DNA of 43,428 bases from Candidatus Babeliales bacterium (lineage in GTDB: Bacteria > Babelota > Babeliae > Babelales > CAIQNR01). The stretch covers positions 1 through 43,428 of the forward strand of contig JAIPGS010000001.1 in the NCBI GenBank assembly GCA_021735725.1, read 5' to 3'. Positions 16,411 to 27,356 of the stretch are shown in pieces. The first letter of the stretch is position 1. Each line of letters begins with the position of its first letter. The translations under genes were made by a program, and so were the position numbers. The notes under the pieces are model-generated. The model worked only from the letters and a program-made list of their open reading frames with translations, was not told the origin of the DNA and did no database searches.

Positions 16411-18153
16411 ATGATCACCCCTATACGTACATTTTTAAAAAAGGCACTCCTTCTTTCTGGAATAACTATTTTTACAACGATTTTTATCATAGCTCGTCTT
16501 TTCCAACTTCAAATTTATCAGACACAACAATTCATGAATCAAAGCCAAAGAAATTTTTTACGCTATGAAAAAACAACTTCCTTACGTGGAAACATTTTAG
16601 ACACTTTTGGAAAAATAATAGCTACCAATAGACCAATCACTACTCTCTTTTGGAAAGGAAGTGGAAATCAAAAATTAACCGAAGAACAACTTACAAGTCT
16701 TCAAGAAATTGAACGCTTAACAGGGCATGATTTACAAAATAAAGTACCTGTTATCACACAAGCTGAAAAATTTTCAAACAAAGTAGAACTTATTAAAGAT
16801 CTTTCTTTTGATGAACTGAGTAAAATTGCTGAAATGTTTTCAACGCATCCTACACTTATTTTAGAAACAGACTTTATGCGTGTGTATCCCTATAAATCAT
16901 TAGCAAGTCATGTTCTTGGATATTTGGGAAGTAAAGGATTTGAAATTGGAGGCAAAATGGGAGTTGAACGATTATATGAACATTTGTTACGTGGGAAAGA
17001 TGGACTCAATCAAAAAATATTAAATTCTTTTGGAAAAAAACTTTCAGAAAAAGAAGTAGAAGAATCTTTAGCCGGACAAGATATCACCGTAACACTTGAT
17101 CTTTCATTACAACGAATTGCTGAAACATTATTTCCCCCTGACAAAGCCGGTGTTTTTATACTAATGGATTCAACAACAGGAGCATTACGTGTCACCCTTT
17201 CCAGACCTGACTTTGATCCAAATCTTTTTTTAAAACCAATCGAACAAGAAACATGGCAAAAACTTCAAAATAAAAAACCATTTTTAAATAGAATTTTTCA
17301 TTCAAGTTACCCACCCGGTTCTATTTTTAAATTGGTAACACTTGGTGCAGCACTTGAACATAACATTATTGATGAAGATACCATCATACATTGTCGGGGA
17401 TTAACAAAATTAAGAAACAGTAGTTTTAGATGTCATAAACAAGATGGACATGGAAAATTAACCATTAATGAATCCCTTGCCAAATCATGTAATACTTTAT
17501 TTTACGCGATAGGAAGACACCTTGATATTAATGCAATTGCTGAATACGCAGGCCATTTTGGATTCGGCCAAAATACCGGATCAGTATTTGATGATTATTC
17601 AGGCCTTGTTCCCAATCGCGAATGGAAACAGCGAACAAAAGGTGAACGTTGGTGGTTAGGTGAAACTTTTTCTACCTCTATTGGCCAAAGTTTTTTACTT
17701 ACTACTCCCATACAAATCACACGTATGATCGCAAGTATCGAAACAGGATACCTTATCAATCCACGTATTTTAGAAGCAACTCCATTAATATATACCCCTC
17801 TTACCATCAATCACAAAACTCGTATGTTTTTACAAAATGCAATGCATGGAGTGATTACTGAAGGAACAGCACAAATTTTACGGGGATTAAAAAATTTTAG
17901 AATTTATGCAAAAACATCCACCGCGCAAACAAGTAATTTAGAAAAACGGGATACTGGGGAAAAATTTTTAGAACACGGTTGGTTTGTAGCTAATTTTTCT
18001 TACAAAGATGAAAGCCCGTTAACAATCGTTGTGCTTATCGAAAACACAGGAAAAGCAAGACATTCTTTAATTGTAGCAAGAAATTTCTTGCGAGCTTATA
18101 GAGATTTAATAGAACTCAGAAATACAAAAGAACAAAAAAAAGAACGAACATAA
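16411..18153 (+). CDS. mrdA: penicillin-binding protein 2 (elongation transpeptidase)
   Basis: N-terminal TM anchor, SxxK (PGSIFK), SxN (KSCN), and a KTG-like box AKTSTAQ (the TAQ ending is PBP2-like). Confidence 0.8.
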   Translation: MITPIRTFLKKALLLSGITIFTTIFIIARLFQLQIYQTQQFMNQSQRNFLRYEKTTSLRGNILDTFGKIIATNRPITTLFWKGSGNQKLTEEQLTSLQEIERLTGHDLQNKVPVITQAEKFSNKVELIKDLSFDELSKIAEMFSTHPTLILETDFMRVYPYKSLASHVLGYLGSKGFEIGGKMGVERLYEHLLRGKDGLNQKILNSFGKKLSEKEVEESLAGQDITVTLDLSLQRIAETLFPPDKAGVFILMDSTTGALRVTLSRPDFDPNLFLKPIEQETWQKLQNKKPFLNRIFHSSYPPGSIFKLVTLGAALEHNIIDEDTIIHCRGLTKLRNSSFRCHKQDGHGKLTINESLAKSCNTLFYAIGRHLDINAIAEYAGHFGFGQNTGSVFDDYSGLVPNREWKQRTKGERWWLGETFSTSIGQSFLLTTPIQITRMIASIETGYLINPRILEATPLIYTPLTINHKTRMFLQNAMHGVITEGTAQILRGLKNFRIYAKTSTAQTSNLEKRDTGEKFLEHGWFVANFSYKDESPLTIVVLIENTGKARHSLIVARNFLRAYRDLIELRNTKEQKKERT

Positions 18154-18169
18154 AGCTCGTTCTTTTTTT
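18134..18169. terminator. bidirectional rho-independent terminator
   Basis: aagaacga (18140-18147) / tcgttctt (18157-18164), with an A-run 5' and a T-run 3'. The mrdA stop lies in the loop. rpsT ends at 18190 on the opposite strand. Confidence 0.65.
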
Positions 18170-18189
18170 CTAAATTTTCAAAAATGCTT

Positions 18190-18462
18190 TTACGCACTTT
18201 TTTGGAGAGCAGCAACTCGTTTTGCTAATCTACCAGTACGACGAGAAGCCGTTTTTTTGTGCATTAGATTTTTGCCTGCTGCACGCATCATTTGAGCTTC
18301 AGCATCACGTAATAAAGCTTTTGCTGAATCAGTTTGACCTGCTTCAACTGCTGCTAGAACTTTTTTTACGGCTGTTTTGATAGCTGTTTTTCTGCCCAAA
18401 TTTCTTTGGCGATGTTCAATATTTTGCTTAGCTCTCTTTTTTGCCGACTTAATATTAGCCAT
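18190..18462 (-). CDS. rpsT: 30S ribosomal protein S20
   Basis: MANIKSAKKRAKQ... is the canonical S20 N-terminus. Basic, 90 aa. Confidence 0.95.
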   Translation of the reverse strand: MANIKSAKKRAKQNIEHRQRNLGRKTAIKTAVKKVLAAVEAGQTDSAKALLRDAEAQMMRAAGKNLMHKKTASRRTGRLAKRVAALQKSA

Positions 18463-18481
18463 AACTTTTTAATCCTTAACC

Positions 18482-18685
18482 TTATAGTACTTTTTGTACT
18501 TTATCAGCTTTTACACATCTTGTGCATACCTTTGCCTGGTACACTTTACTTTTACCATCTATAGGTAATGTAAAACGCATTCTATGAACATTTGGATAAA
18601 TCCAACGTTTTGTTCTATTATTTGCCTTACTTACCAAATTTCCTACTTGTGGGCGCTTATCACACACGAAACATACTCTAGCCAT
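18482..18685 (-). CDS. rpmB: 50S ribosomal protein L28
   Basis: [34 protein letters not shown] matches the L28 pattern. Confidence 0.95.
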   Translation of the reverse strand: MARVCFVCDKRPQVGNLVSKANNRTKRWIYPNVHRMRFTLPIDGKSKVYQAKVCTRCVKADKVQKVL

Positions 18686-18793
18686 ATCTGTAAACTTCCT
18701 TTCGATGATTCGAGACTATCGCTAACATAGATAAAGAAGCGATTATTAAAGTATACTAGAACAGAAATTTTTTTCAACTAAAGGTTTATATAC

Positions 18794-19558
18794 TTAAATA
18801 AGCTTCAAAAAAATATCTCTTAAATCCTGATTTCCACCTATAAATGTTCTGTATTGAGGCGTAATGAGCCCTTTTTGAAATGTTGAAGCAACACCCCCCG
18901 CTTCCTGAATAATAAGCATTCCAGCCGCAACATCCCACCATGAAAGATCTTGAAACATCACAATATCTGCTCTTCCTGCCGCACAATATGCTTGATCAAG
19001 TGCCGCAGCCCCAAAAGTTCGAAACGTATATACTTTATGCTCAACACTATTCATAGACTTAAAAAATTCTTTACTTTTAACATAAGGTGTCGCAACTATA
19101 ACAATACTTTCATCAATTTTTTTTCTGTTTGACACGGCTATTTTTTTTCCATTTAAAAAAGCACCGCATCCTTGAAGAGCATAAAAATATTCTTTTAAAA
19201 GAGGCTGATAGATTACTCCAAAAAGAGGAATATCATTTTTAGTCAAAGCTACAGAAATACAAAAATAAGGTAATCCTTGTGCAAAATTAGTAGTGCCATC
19301 AAGCGGATCAATCACCCAATTATATACAGGAGCTTTTTTTTCACCTGATTCTTCTGCTATAAAACCTGCATCTTTAATTAAGGGAGCTAATTTTTGTATT
19401 AAAAATTTTTCAGAAGCAATATCTGCTTCAGTCGCAAAGCTCCCGTCTGACTTTACATTTCGCTCTACTGTTTTTGTAAAATAAGAACAAAGAAGTTCAC
19501 CGGCCTCTTTAATAATACCTTCTACTTGTAACACTAATTCAGGTGTTATACATTTCAT
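18794..19558 (-). CDS. suhB: inositol monophosphatase family protein
   Basis: The WVIDPLDGTTNF motif and WDVAAG near the C-terminus are characteristic of IMPase/SuhB. Confidence 0.8.
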   Translation of the reverse strand: MKCITPELVLQVEGIIKEAGELLCSYFTKTVERNVKSDGSFATEADIASEKFLIQKLAPLIKDAGFIAEESGEKKAPVYNWVIDPLDGTTNFAQGLPYFCISVALTKNDIPLFGVIYQPLLKEYFYALQGCGAFLNGKKIAVSNRKKIDESIVIVATPYVKSKEFFKSMNSVEHKVYTFRTFGAAALDQAYCAAGRADIVMFQDLSWWDVAAGMLIIQEAGGVASTFQKGLITPQYRTFIGGNQDLRDIFLKLI

Positions 19559-19586
19559 AAAAGGCCTTCCTTATCTTAATGCCAGA

Positions 19587-21416
19587 TTACTCGAATTTAT
19601 GATCTTCACGTGATTCAATATTTAAAAGTTCATAAATTTCACGTGCATACATTGTTTCTTTATCCAATAATGCAACTGATAAAGCCGTCAATTTATCTTT
19701 ATGAGCCATAAGTAAATCTTTTGTTTCAGCATAACAAGTATCAATAATCTGACGAACTTTTTCATCAATTTTTTCAGCTGTTTTTTGAGAATAAACAAAG
19801 TCTCCTTGTTTTTGTGAATACACAATAGGTCCAAGTTCATCTGTCATTCCATAACGACACACAATATCACGAACAATATCTGTTGCTGTTAAAAAGTCGC
19901 TGTATGCACCTGTTGAAAGTTCATTAAAAACAATCTCTTCGGCAACACGGCCACCAAGAGCTGCTTTAATTGAAGCAATCATTTCTTCTTTGTTTCTGTT
20001 ATATTTTTCACGTTCTGGCATTGAATGAGTCACCCCAAGAGCACGACCACGAGGAACAATGGTAACTTTATGAAGAGGATCCATCACGTTTGGCATCATT
20101 AAACGTACCAAAGCGTGCCCAGCTTCATGATACGCTGTAATTTCTCTATCTTTTTGTGTCAAAACGATTGTTTTAATTTCTTTACCAAGAAGAATTTTAT
20201 CTCGTGCTTCTTCAAAATCTTGAATAGTCACTTTTTCTTTATTTCCTTTTGAAGCAATAATAGTTGCTTCATTAATTAAATTAGCAAGATCAGCACCAGA
20301 AAATCCTGGAGTTCCTCGAGCAATTTTTTTCATATCAACATCATCACTTATTTGCACAGTTTGTGCATGCAATGTTAAAATTTGAACCCTACTTGCAAGA
20401 TCTGGATAAGGAACTTCAACTCGCCTGTCAAATCGTCCTGGGCGTAATAATGCTTTATCTAACACATCCGGACGATTGGTTGCTGCAAGAACAATAACAG
20501 GATCTTTTCCAACTTCAAAACCATCCATTTCTGTAAGCAATTGATTTAATGTTTGTTCCCGTTCATCATTACCCCCACCAACTCCACCAGCACTTCTATG
20601 GCGCCCCACAGCATCAATTTCATCAATAAAAATAATACTTGGCGCATGTTTACGGGCTTGAGCAAAAAGATCACGAACACGTGAAGCTCCAACCCCTACA
20701 AACACTTCAATAAAATCTGATCCACTAATACTAAAAAAAGGACAGTTAGCTTCACCGGCAACGGCACGAGCCAGTAATGTTTTACCATTTCCAGGTTCAC
20801 CAACAAGTAATGCACCACGAGTAATTTTAGCACCTAGCCGTTTATATTTTTCAGGATTTTTTAAAAAATCAACCATATCTTCAAGTTCTTCTTTTGCCTC
20901 GTGAGCCCCGGCAACGGAAGAAAATTTTTCTTTAATAGCAGAAGGTAAAAACATTTTAGCTTTACTTTTTCCCATGGTGAAAATATTTCCACCACCGCCA
21001 CTGCCAGTATTAGATGAAGGCTTAAAGAAATACCACATTACAGCAAAGCCAGCGATCAGCAAAATAATAAATAAAATATGCCACATACTAAACTGATTAG
21101 ACTGATTAATAATAGCAAATTCAACATTATGTTTTCTGAGTAAATCCCAATGACCTGGATATTCAGCTACGTTGGTTTCAAAAGATTTTTCATCTTTTGT
21201 AACACCACTCACAAAAGTGCCAATAACATTAATTTTTTTAATTTTATCTTGTTCTACAAGATTCAAATATTCAGAATAAGGAATCTCCCCTGTCTCTTTT
21301 ACATTGTCTGCAATTTTAGAGAGCATAAAGATACCCCCCAAAAGAAGCAGAACAAAAATTATAATATTAGCTGGACCGCTTGGTAATTTACCAAATTTAT
21401 TCTGTTTTTTTTTCAT
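19587..21416 (-). CDS. ftsH: ATP-dependent zinc metalloprotease FtsH
   Basis: Two N-terminal TM segments, Walker A GEPGNGKT, Walker [13 protein letters not shown] region, and Zn motif HEAGHA. Confidence 0.97.
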   Translation of the reverse strand: MKKKQNKFGKLPSGPANIIIFVLLLLGGIFMLSKIADNVKETGEIPYSEYLNLVEQDKIKKINVIGTFVSGVTKDEKSFETNVAEYPGHWDLLRKHNVEFAIINQSNQFSMWHILFIILLIAGFAVMWYFFKPSSNTGSGGGGNIFTMGKSKAKMFLPSAIKEKFSSVAGAHEAKEELEDMVDFLKNPEKYKRLGAKITRGALLVGEPGNGKTLLARAVAGEANCPFFSISGSDFIEVFVGVGASRVRDLFAQARKHAPSIIFIDEIDAVGRHRSAGGVGGGNDEREQTLNQLLTEMDGFEVGKDPVIVLAATNRPDVLDKALLRPGRFDRRVEVPYPDLASRVQILTLHAQTVQISDDVDMKKIARGTPGFSGADLANLINEATIIASKGNKEKVTIQDFEEARDKILLGKEIKTIVLTQKDREITAYHEAGHALVRLMMPNVMDPLHKVTIVPRGRALGVTHSMPEREKYNRNKEEMIASIKAALGGRVAEEIVFNELSTGAYSDFLTATDIVRDIVCRYGMTDELGPIVYSQKQGDFVYSQKTAEKIDEKVRQIIDTCYAETKDLLMAHKDKLTALSVALLDKETMYAREIYELLNIESREDHKFE

Positions 21417-21538
21417 CTGTATTTTATCCTTTTGAAACGATTACAAAATATCCCTCACCCATAAAAATATGCTTTAAACAAAAGTATAATATAACAAAAG
21501 TTGCCTGTCGACTTATTACCAAGAAAAGAGCCAATTCT

Positions 21539-22816
21539 TCAGCTCTTTGCTAAAAACAGTCTCCCTGGGGAACAGGTAGCGTAGGTATATTTATGGGTTG
21601 TTCCAGTAATATAATTTCTCTTTTTTGTGAGTAAACTTTCAACAGCCAACCGTTTTGTTGCAGAATCACATACTGTAAAAATAAGATAATTCCCACATGG
21701 AGACCATGAAGCCTCCTCTTTATGTTTATTGTCACGAGTAATTTGTGTTGTTTTTTGTGTTTCAAAATCATAAACCATTAATTGAGAAACGCCACCAATC
21801 AATTTTGAGTAAACAACTTTTTTTGTAGTAATGGAATATGAAGGAGATGTGCAACTTTCAGGACCTTGTGATAAACAAGTAATATTTTTTCCTTGTTTAT
21901 TCATGGTATAAATATGTGGTCGTTTTGTTTCATAATCTGAACAAAAAACAATATCTCCATTTTCTCTCAAATTGGGACTTAAATTAGTTCCATTATTATG
22001 CGTCAAACGAATATAGTCAGGACGTTTTTTACGTTTATTATATTTGTATCGATACAATTGGCTACTTCCTTCAACAGACAAACAAACAATCACATCACTC
22101 CCATCTTCTGAAAATGCTGGCAACATATTCAGTCCATCAAAACTTGTTGCTATTTGTTTATTACCTTTTAAATCAGAAACCATTAAACGTATATTTGAAG
22201 CTGTATATTCAGAATAGAGAATAAGAGGATCAAGAGTTTTACCGTTCCATCGTGGAGCAAGAGCTATCGAATCTAACGAAAGAATAATCTGTTCATTATG
22301 TCCATCAAAATCTGCAATACAAATTTCTGTTCCCTGCTTTTTCTTACCTCCTTCTTTGCAATAAAGAATTTTGGTAGAAAAGGAAGCTTGATTACCAGTA
22401 AGTTCTAAAAGAAGACTATCAGAAACCGCATGTCCCCATTCAAAAACTTTTTCTCCGATTTTATGAACTTTTTTTCCACATACCATTTTTCCTGTTTTGG
22501 TATTATAAGCACGCCATTCAACTGCTTTATTTTTTCTATCATCAATAAGAGTCACAAAAAGTGGCGCTTGATCATTAAAAGAAAGAACCTGTTTTGTTGT
22601 TTTTAACTGTTGAAAACGAATATTCTTCGGATCAAATTGCCCAGTAAAACTAAGATCCCGTTCAATAGTCTCTGCTATTTCACGCATATCATGAGTGTCA
22701 TCACCCAAAGATGCAACAATAATATTCATCTGCTTTGTTTTGTGAGCTGATACATCAACAGCTGATACATGAAATGAAATAAAAAACAAACACCCGAGTA
22801 CTTTTATTATTCTCAT
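21539..22816 (-). CDS. tolB: TolB-like periplasmic beta-propeller protein
   Basis: Signal peptide MRIIKVLGCLFFISFHVSA and repeated propeller-like blades (SPxxS/WSPxG). Lies directly downstream of tolQ/R/A. AAGGA lies 8 nt before ATG 22816; the track start is 22825. Confidence 0.7.
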   Translation of the reverse strand: MRIIKVLGCLFFISFHVSAVDVSAHKTKQMNIIVASLGDDTHDMREIAETIERDLSFTGQFDPKNIRFQQLKTTKQVLSFNDQAPLFVTLIDDRKNKAVEWRAYNTKTGKMVCGKKVHKIGEKVFEWGHAVSDSLLLELTGNQASFSTKILYCKEGGKKKQGTEICIADFDGHNEQIILSLDSIALAPRWNGKTLDPLILYSEYTASNIRLMVSDLKGNKQIATSFDGLNMLPAFSEDGSDVIVCLSVEGSSQLYRYKYNKRKKRPDYIRLTHNNGTNLSPNLRENGDIVFCSDYETKRPHIYTMNKQGKNITCLSQGPESCTSPSYSITTKKVVYSKLIGGVSQLMVYDFETQKTTQITRDNKHKEEASWSPCGNYLIFTVCDSATKRLAVESLLTKKRNYITGTTHKYTYATCSPGRLFLAKS

Positions 22817-22835
22817 ACACAACATCCTTTATTAT

Positions 22836-23714
22836 TTATGGTTTAAATGCAACAGTTAGAGATTTCCCCCATAATGCACGAGGAATTTTTACCTGTTCAA
22901 GTGCTTGGCCAACAGCTATATCATATATCGGAACACCAGAAGAATCATCTATGACAGATTCTTTTAATGAACCATTCCAATCAATTATTAAAGAAACAAC
23001 ACATACAAGATTGTCTGCCATACCTGCTGGAGGAGTCCATACATCAATAATTGCTTCCTGCAAAGCAGCGTGCGCTTCAAAGGCATTATAATCTTTTTGT
23101 GAAAGATACACTATCTCTTCTTCATTGTGTGATACAATTTCTTCCGTATTACTTGATTCAAGAGGAGCACTCTGTTTTATTACTTCTTTTTCTTTTTCTT
23201 CTTTAACATTTTTAACATTATTTATTTTTTTTAAAGGCTCAATGTTCTTTTTCACTTCTTCTTTTTTGACGTTCTGATCACGTGATTGAGGAACTACAGA
23301 ATCTACGCTTTTTTTTATTATTTTTTTAACTGGTTCTGGTTTTTTAATTATTTTTTTTTGAGGAGCCACTTTTTTTAAAGTTGTTTTAGTTTGTGAGACA
23401 ATCTTTTTAAGAAGAGGTTGTTTCTGAGAAACAGCATGTTCTCCAGTTTTTTTTAATAAACGTGGAGCAAGAGATGTTTTTTGTGATGCTGTCTTTTTTG
23501 GAATTCCTCCAAGAGGCATTACTCGCACAATCACATTTTGAGCAACTGATTGAATGTGTATAATCGTTTTATCATAGCCTTTATACACACATAAAAAACA
23601 AAAAGATCCTATCATGTGTATAAAAAAGGAAAGCATTATAAGCTTTCCTATAAATTTTGTTTTTTTAGCGAATCTTTGTTGTTGCCAAAGCCACATACTT
23701 AATGCCTCCAACAT
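22836..23714 (-). CDS. tolA: TolA/TonB-like envelope-spanning protein
   Basis: N-terminal TM segment (LIMLSFFIHMIGSFCFLCVY), a long Lys/Pro/Glu-rich spacer (KKIIKKPEPVKKIIKK) and a C-terminal TonB_C/TolA-like domain. The exact start is uncertain; the track ORF overlaps tolR by 50 nt. Confidence 0.6.
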   Translation of the reverse strand: MLEALSMWLWQQQRFAKKTKFIGKLIMLSFFIHMIGSFCFLCVYKGYDKTIIHIQSVAQNVIVRVMPLGGIPKKTASQKTSLAPRLLKKTGEHAVSQKQPLLKKIVSQTKTTLKKVAPQKKIIKKPEPVKKIIKKSVDSVVPQSRDQNVKKEEVKKNIEPLKKINNVKNVKEEKEKEVIKQSAPLESSNTEEIVSHNEEEIVYLSQKDYNAFEAHAALQEAIIDVWTPPAGMADNLVCVVSLIIDWNGSLKESVIDDSSGVPIYDIAVGQALEQVKIPRALWGKSLTVAFKP

Positions 23715-24111
23715 GCTTTATTGTATCAACCAGTTCTATTACTTTTCCATATTCGGCGCCAGTATCAGCTTTTACAAATACGGTTTTGTCTTGTTTTTTA
23801 CCAAGAGCATCTTGAAGTAAAATGATTAAATCTTTTTCTTGAACAATTTTATTATTAAAAGAAATTTCACCTTTTTTAGTCATAACAACAGTTAAATCTT
23901 CTTTTTGATTTTCTTGCGTTTCTTTTACATTCCCTTTTGGAAGTTCAACTTGCAATGCATTTTCTTTGTGCAACATTGGCGTTGTTACCATGAAAATAAT
24001 AAGAAGTGTTAACGCTGTATCAATTAACGGAGTTAAACTAATTTCCGGTAACTGTTCCTGGTTTTGGCGAAGTTTTCTGCGTAAGCGATATTTCACGATC
24101 TTCCTTTTCAT
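23665..24111 (-). CDS. tolR: TolR/ExbD family protein
   Basis: EISLTPLIDTALTLLIIFMVTTP is the typical ExbD/TolR TM motif. 148 aa. Confidence 0.8.
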   Translation of the reverse strand: MKRKIVKYRLRRKLRQNQEQLPEISLTPLIDTALTLLIIFMVTTPMLHKENALQVELPKGNVKETQENQKEDLTVVMTKKGEISFNNKIVQEKDLIILLQDALGKKQDKTVFVKADTGAEYGKVIELVDTIKHVGGIKYVALATTKIR

Positions 24112-24787
24112 CTAAAAGAGTACAACGTAACTGTGTTTGAATAGTATCAGATAAGAATTGTAAACAATGTTCAATTTCACGAGTCTGTGTTTTTAAATAG
24201 TGATACATCATTGAAGCTGGGATGGCAACAATAAGTCCTGCAAGTGTTGTTAATAATGCTTCCGCAATCCCCGGAGCAATAGTAACAATATCTGCACTTT
24301 GTTTTTCACTGATACTAATAAATGAATGAGTTAATCCCCACACAGTTCCAAACAATCCAAGAAGTGGTGAAACAACTGATGTAACAGATAAAATATTCAT
24401 ATAAGATTCTTCTTGATATACCATATCTTCTAATAATGAAAAACGTTGTTCATCAAGTACTGTTAATTCTGATTCTGTTGCTATACGATTTATTGCACGT
24501 TCAAAAATTGATTTTGCACCATTAAGCTGACCAATTAAAAGATGACCCGGATATGTTTTATCATGCTTACGAGCAAGATTTACCAGTTGATCCAAAGAAG
24601 AAACATGCTGTATTTGAAGCATCATTTCTTTTAACTGCTTTTTTTTAAGATTTAAAAGAACACATTTATAAAAAAGAATTGTCCAACAAATAATTGAAGC
24701 CAATAAAAGTACAATCAATACAAATTTAGTCATCGCATCAGATTGCCATACCAAATTCCATAAAGAATTTCCTAAAAAAAATCTCAT
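24038..24787 (-). CDS. tolQ: TolQ/ExbB (MotA family) proton channel protein
   Basis: Three TM segments and the conserved LGLFGTVWGL...IAPGIAEALLTTLAGL region. Confidence 0.85.
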   Translation of the reverse strand: MRFFLGNSLWNLVWQSDAMTKFVLIVLLLASIICWTILFYKCVLLNLKKKQLKEMMLQIQHVSSLDQLVNLARKHDKTYPGHLLIGQLNGAKSIFERAINRIATESELTVLDEQRFSLLEDMVYQEESYMNILSVTSVVSPLLGLFGTVWGLTHSFISISEKQSADIVTIAPGIAEALLTTLAGLIVAIPASMMYHYLKTQTREIEHCLQFLSDTIQTQLRCTLLDEKEDREISLTQKTSPKPGTVTGN

Positions 24788-24868
24788 ATTTTTCCCTTTT
24801 ATTTTATAGTAAAATGAAGCATTTAATGCCCTAGCATACTAAAAAATAAGCCAGAAAAACAATTATTT

Positions 24869-26206
24869 TTATTTTTCTTGGCAAATTAAAACAAGAGGAG
24901 AAACAAAACTTTCTTCATCGTCTTTATTACTATGATCTTTTTTTACAGAAAGAGACGGGACAATTACGATACGTTCTTCTTGAAGAATATCATGAATATT
25001 TTGTAATTTATACTTACCACTCTGAATTTCACAACTTTGTTCACGCACTTTTTTTGAAAAATCACCCTCTAAAACAATATTCATGTGAGGATCTTTATTA
25101 TCTCCATAAATACATTGCACTACTGTCTCATCATCTTTTTTAAATAAACTAATAGCAGAGCATGAAGGAATCAGTAATTTTCCAAATTCATTTACCGGAT
25201 TTTTTATATTAAACCCTCTATTTATACCATTCACAAAAGGAGGGGTAATAACTTTATTGCCACGTACAAATTCAAAATTTTTATCAATTGCTGGAGACAA
25301 AATATCTATCTCTGCTATGCGTCCTCTCAATTGATATGAATATGTTTGATAAAATACAGTTCTATCTCCACGCCATTCAAAAATCATAGGACGACCTTCT
25401 TTGTCCGTTGGATCAATCATAATGTTTTTTTCTTCATTTCCTCTTATTACCATAGTTTTAAAATGAGTAATAACACGTTTTTTATCTTGTTCATTATCCT
25501 CACCTTTAAAAACCGTAATTGCTCCATTTAAAGCAACATGCATGAGTGAACGTTTTCCTATAAATTCTTGAAGAGGATTATACTTCAAATTAAAATAAGA
25601 ATTTTTTTCTTGATTTTCTGGAATCACAAAATCTTTAAAAAATGCATATATTTCAATAGCTTCTTGTTGTAAAGGTTGACTATCACCTTTATTATTACGG
25701 GGTAATGCAACAAGTTTTATAAATGAAGTTTCTAACGAATTAACAACCTGTAATTCCTCAGGGTCAGGACATTTATACACCTGCCCCAATTCATCTGTTT
25801 TTAACATAAAATATTGTTCTTTGTCGTGATTTCCTGGAACCTTATATACACATTCAATAATTCCATTGTGAATTCCTGACTTATCAGGAAGTAAAACTGA
25901 TTTATCCAGCAACATTTCAACATCTTCTACAGGATAATCATCAAAAAAACGTAACTCTTCTGTAAAAGGAATAGGCTTTCCATTAAAAAAAAGATTTCCC
26001 TTAATATACAATTGACTAATTGCATTGGAGTTTTCTAATATGTCTTTTTGAATACTCAATCCAAACCGTTTAAATTCCTGAGTTTTTTTTAATGATAATG
26101 TTGATGGACACTCTAATTGAGCCGAATGAGATTGTAAAAAATTAACTCCCACCAACATAACATACACTAATATTTTTTTCATGAATTTTTTCCCTAACAT
26201 TACCAC
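24869..26206 (-). CDS. secreted hypothetical protein
   Basis: Signal peptide MKKILVYVMLVGVNFLQSHSA; the likely start is ATG 26182 rather than the GTG at 26206. No recognisable motif. Confidence 0.55.
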   Translation of the reverse strand: MVMLGKKFMKKILVYVMLVGVNFLQSHSAQLECPSTLSLKKTQEFKRFGLSIQKDILENSNAISQLYIKGNLFFNGKPIPFTEELRFFDDYPVEDVEMLLDKSVLLPDKSGIHNGIIECVYKVPGNHDKEQYFMLKTDELGQVYKCPDPEELQVVNSLETSFIKLVALPRNNKGDSQPLQQEAIEIYAFFKDFVIPENQEKNSYFNLKYNPLQEFIGKRSLMHVALNGAITVFKGEDNEQDKKRVITHFKTMVIRGNEEKNIMIDPTDKEGRPMIFEWRGDRTVFYQTYSYQLRGRIAEIDILSPAIDKNFEFVRGNKVITPPFVNGINRGFNIKNPVNEFGKLLIPSCSAISLFKKDDETVVQCIYGDNKDPHMNIVLEGDFSKKVREQSCEIQSGKYKLQNIHDILQEERIVIVPSLSVKKDHSNKDDEESFVSPLVLICQEK

Positions 26207-26441
26207 CTTTTCCCAATACCCTTTTATAGTTTTAACATTACCATCATTTAAATTCAGATTGCAACAATAAAAGATAAAAACATTAAAAATGAAGTTATTT
26301 AAACTCCTTAACGAATACCAAAAAGAAATATTTTTTATTTTAAGCTTAACATATAATTTTTATGAAATTCTTTATATCGTAATTCAAACTATGCTATAAT
26401 CCTGTTATATTCTTGACCCATTACATTATAAAGGAACTCTT

Positions 26442-27356
26442 ATGAAAAAATTTCTTTTTCTTTTTTTTTCACTTCCAGCCCTTTCTTATGGAGCAGAATC
26501 AGCAATAGAAAATACAAAAAAGGGACAAGTATCTCACTGTTCTAATTCAGAATGTCGTAATTGTGGCAAATTAAATATTAATGGATCTCAGCGAAACTAT
26601 ACATCCTTTGAATCCATCATAACTTTTTCTGTCAATGAAAGTGATCAAAAAAATATAAATAAATCAAAAGACGGATTATACGATTTAACAGACATTCCAT
26701 ACAAACAACGAATACAAGAAATTGATGCTTCTCATAATTCAATCTCAAAACTTAATCCAACAGATTTAGACGATTTTTCTCATTTAAGAATACTATTACT
26801 CGCAAGTGTAAACCTTGTAACCCTTAACACAACAGCTTTTCATAAACCATTTCGTCTTACTCATTTAGATTTATCAGGTAACACATTAAAATTTTTACCC
26901 CATGGCATTTTTGATACACTGTCTCATTTAAAAGAACTGCTTGTGCATGATAATGAATTGGAAACAGTACCTGAAGACCTTTTTTTGTATAATAGAAAAC
27001 TTTCTTCTTTTGATGCTCACAACAACCAACTTAAAAAAATTCCTACTTCCCTTTTTCATTTAAGTATAAAAGAAAACAAATCAGGAAAAAAAACAAAAAG
27101 AAAAATATATACTCGAAAAATAAATTTGTCTGGAAACTCTTTAACATGTCTTGATCAATCTTTAACCCGTGACATTAAAAAAATATATCTTTTAGATATA
27201 CAAAATAATTTTTTTAAAGAATGCCCCGTACAAAAAACACAAGATGCCCGCACAAAAAATTTGCAATCTCCCATCACCACTATTTTGTGCAATTGTCCTT
27301 ACGGCAATCATAAAATCGACGTTTCTTTTTCCCAATTACCGCAATACAGTACCTGA
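26442..27356 (+). CDS. secreted leucine-rich-repeat (LRR) protein
   Basis: Signal peptide MKKFLFLFFSLPALSYG. LxxLxLxxNxLxxLP repeats (LTHLDLSGNTLKFLPHGIF, LKELLVHDNELETVPEDLF, LSSFDAHNNQLKKIPTSLF). The last 15 codons read through a duplicated antisense copy of the cca 3' end. Confidence 0.8.
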   Translation: MKKFLFLFFSLPALSYGAESAIENTKKGQVSHCSNSECRNCGKLNINGSQRNYTSFESIITFSVNESDQKNINKSKDGLYDLTDIPYKQRIQEIDASHNSISKLNPTDLDDFSHLRILLLASVNLVTLNTTAFHKPFRLTHLDLSGNTLKFLPHGIFDTLSHLKELLVHDNELETVPEDLFLYNRKLSSFDAHNNQLKKIPTSLFHLSIKENKSGKKTKRKIYTRKINLSGNSLTCLDQSLTRDIKKIYLLDIQNNFFKECPVQKTQDARTKNLQSPITTILCNCPYGNHKIDVSFSQLPQYST

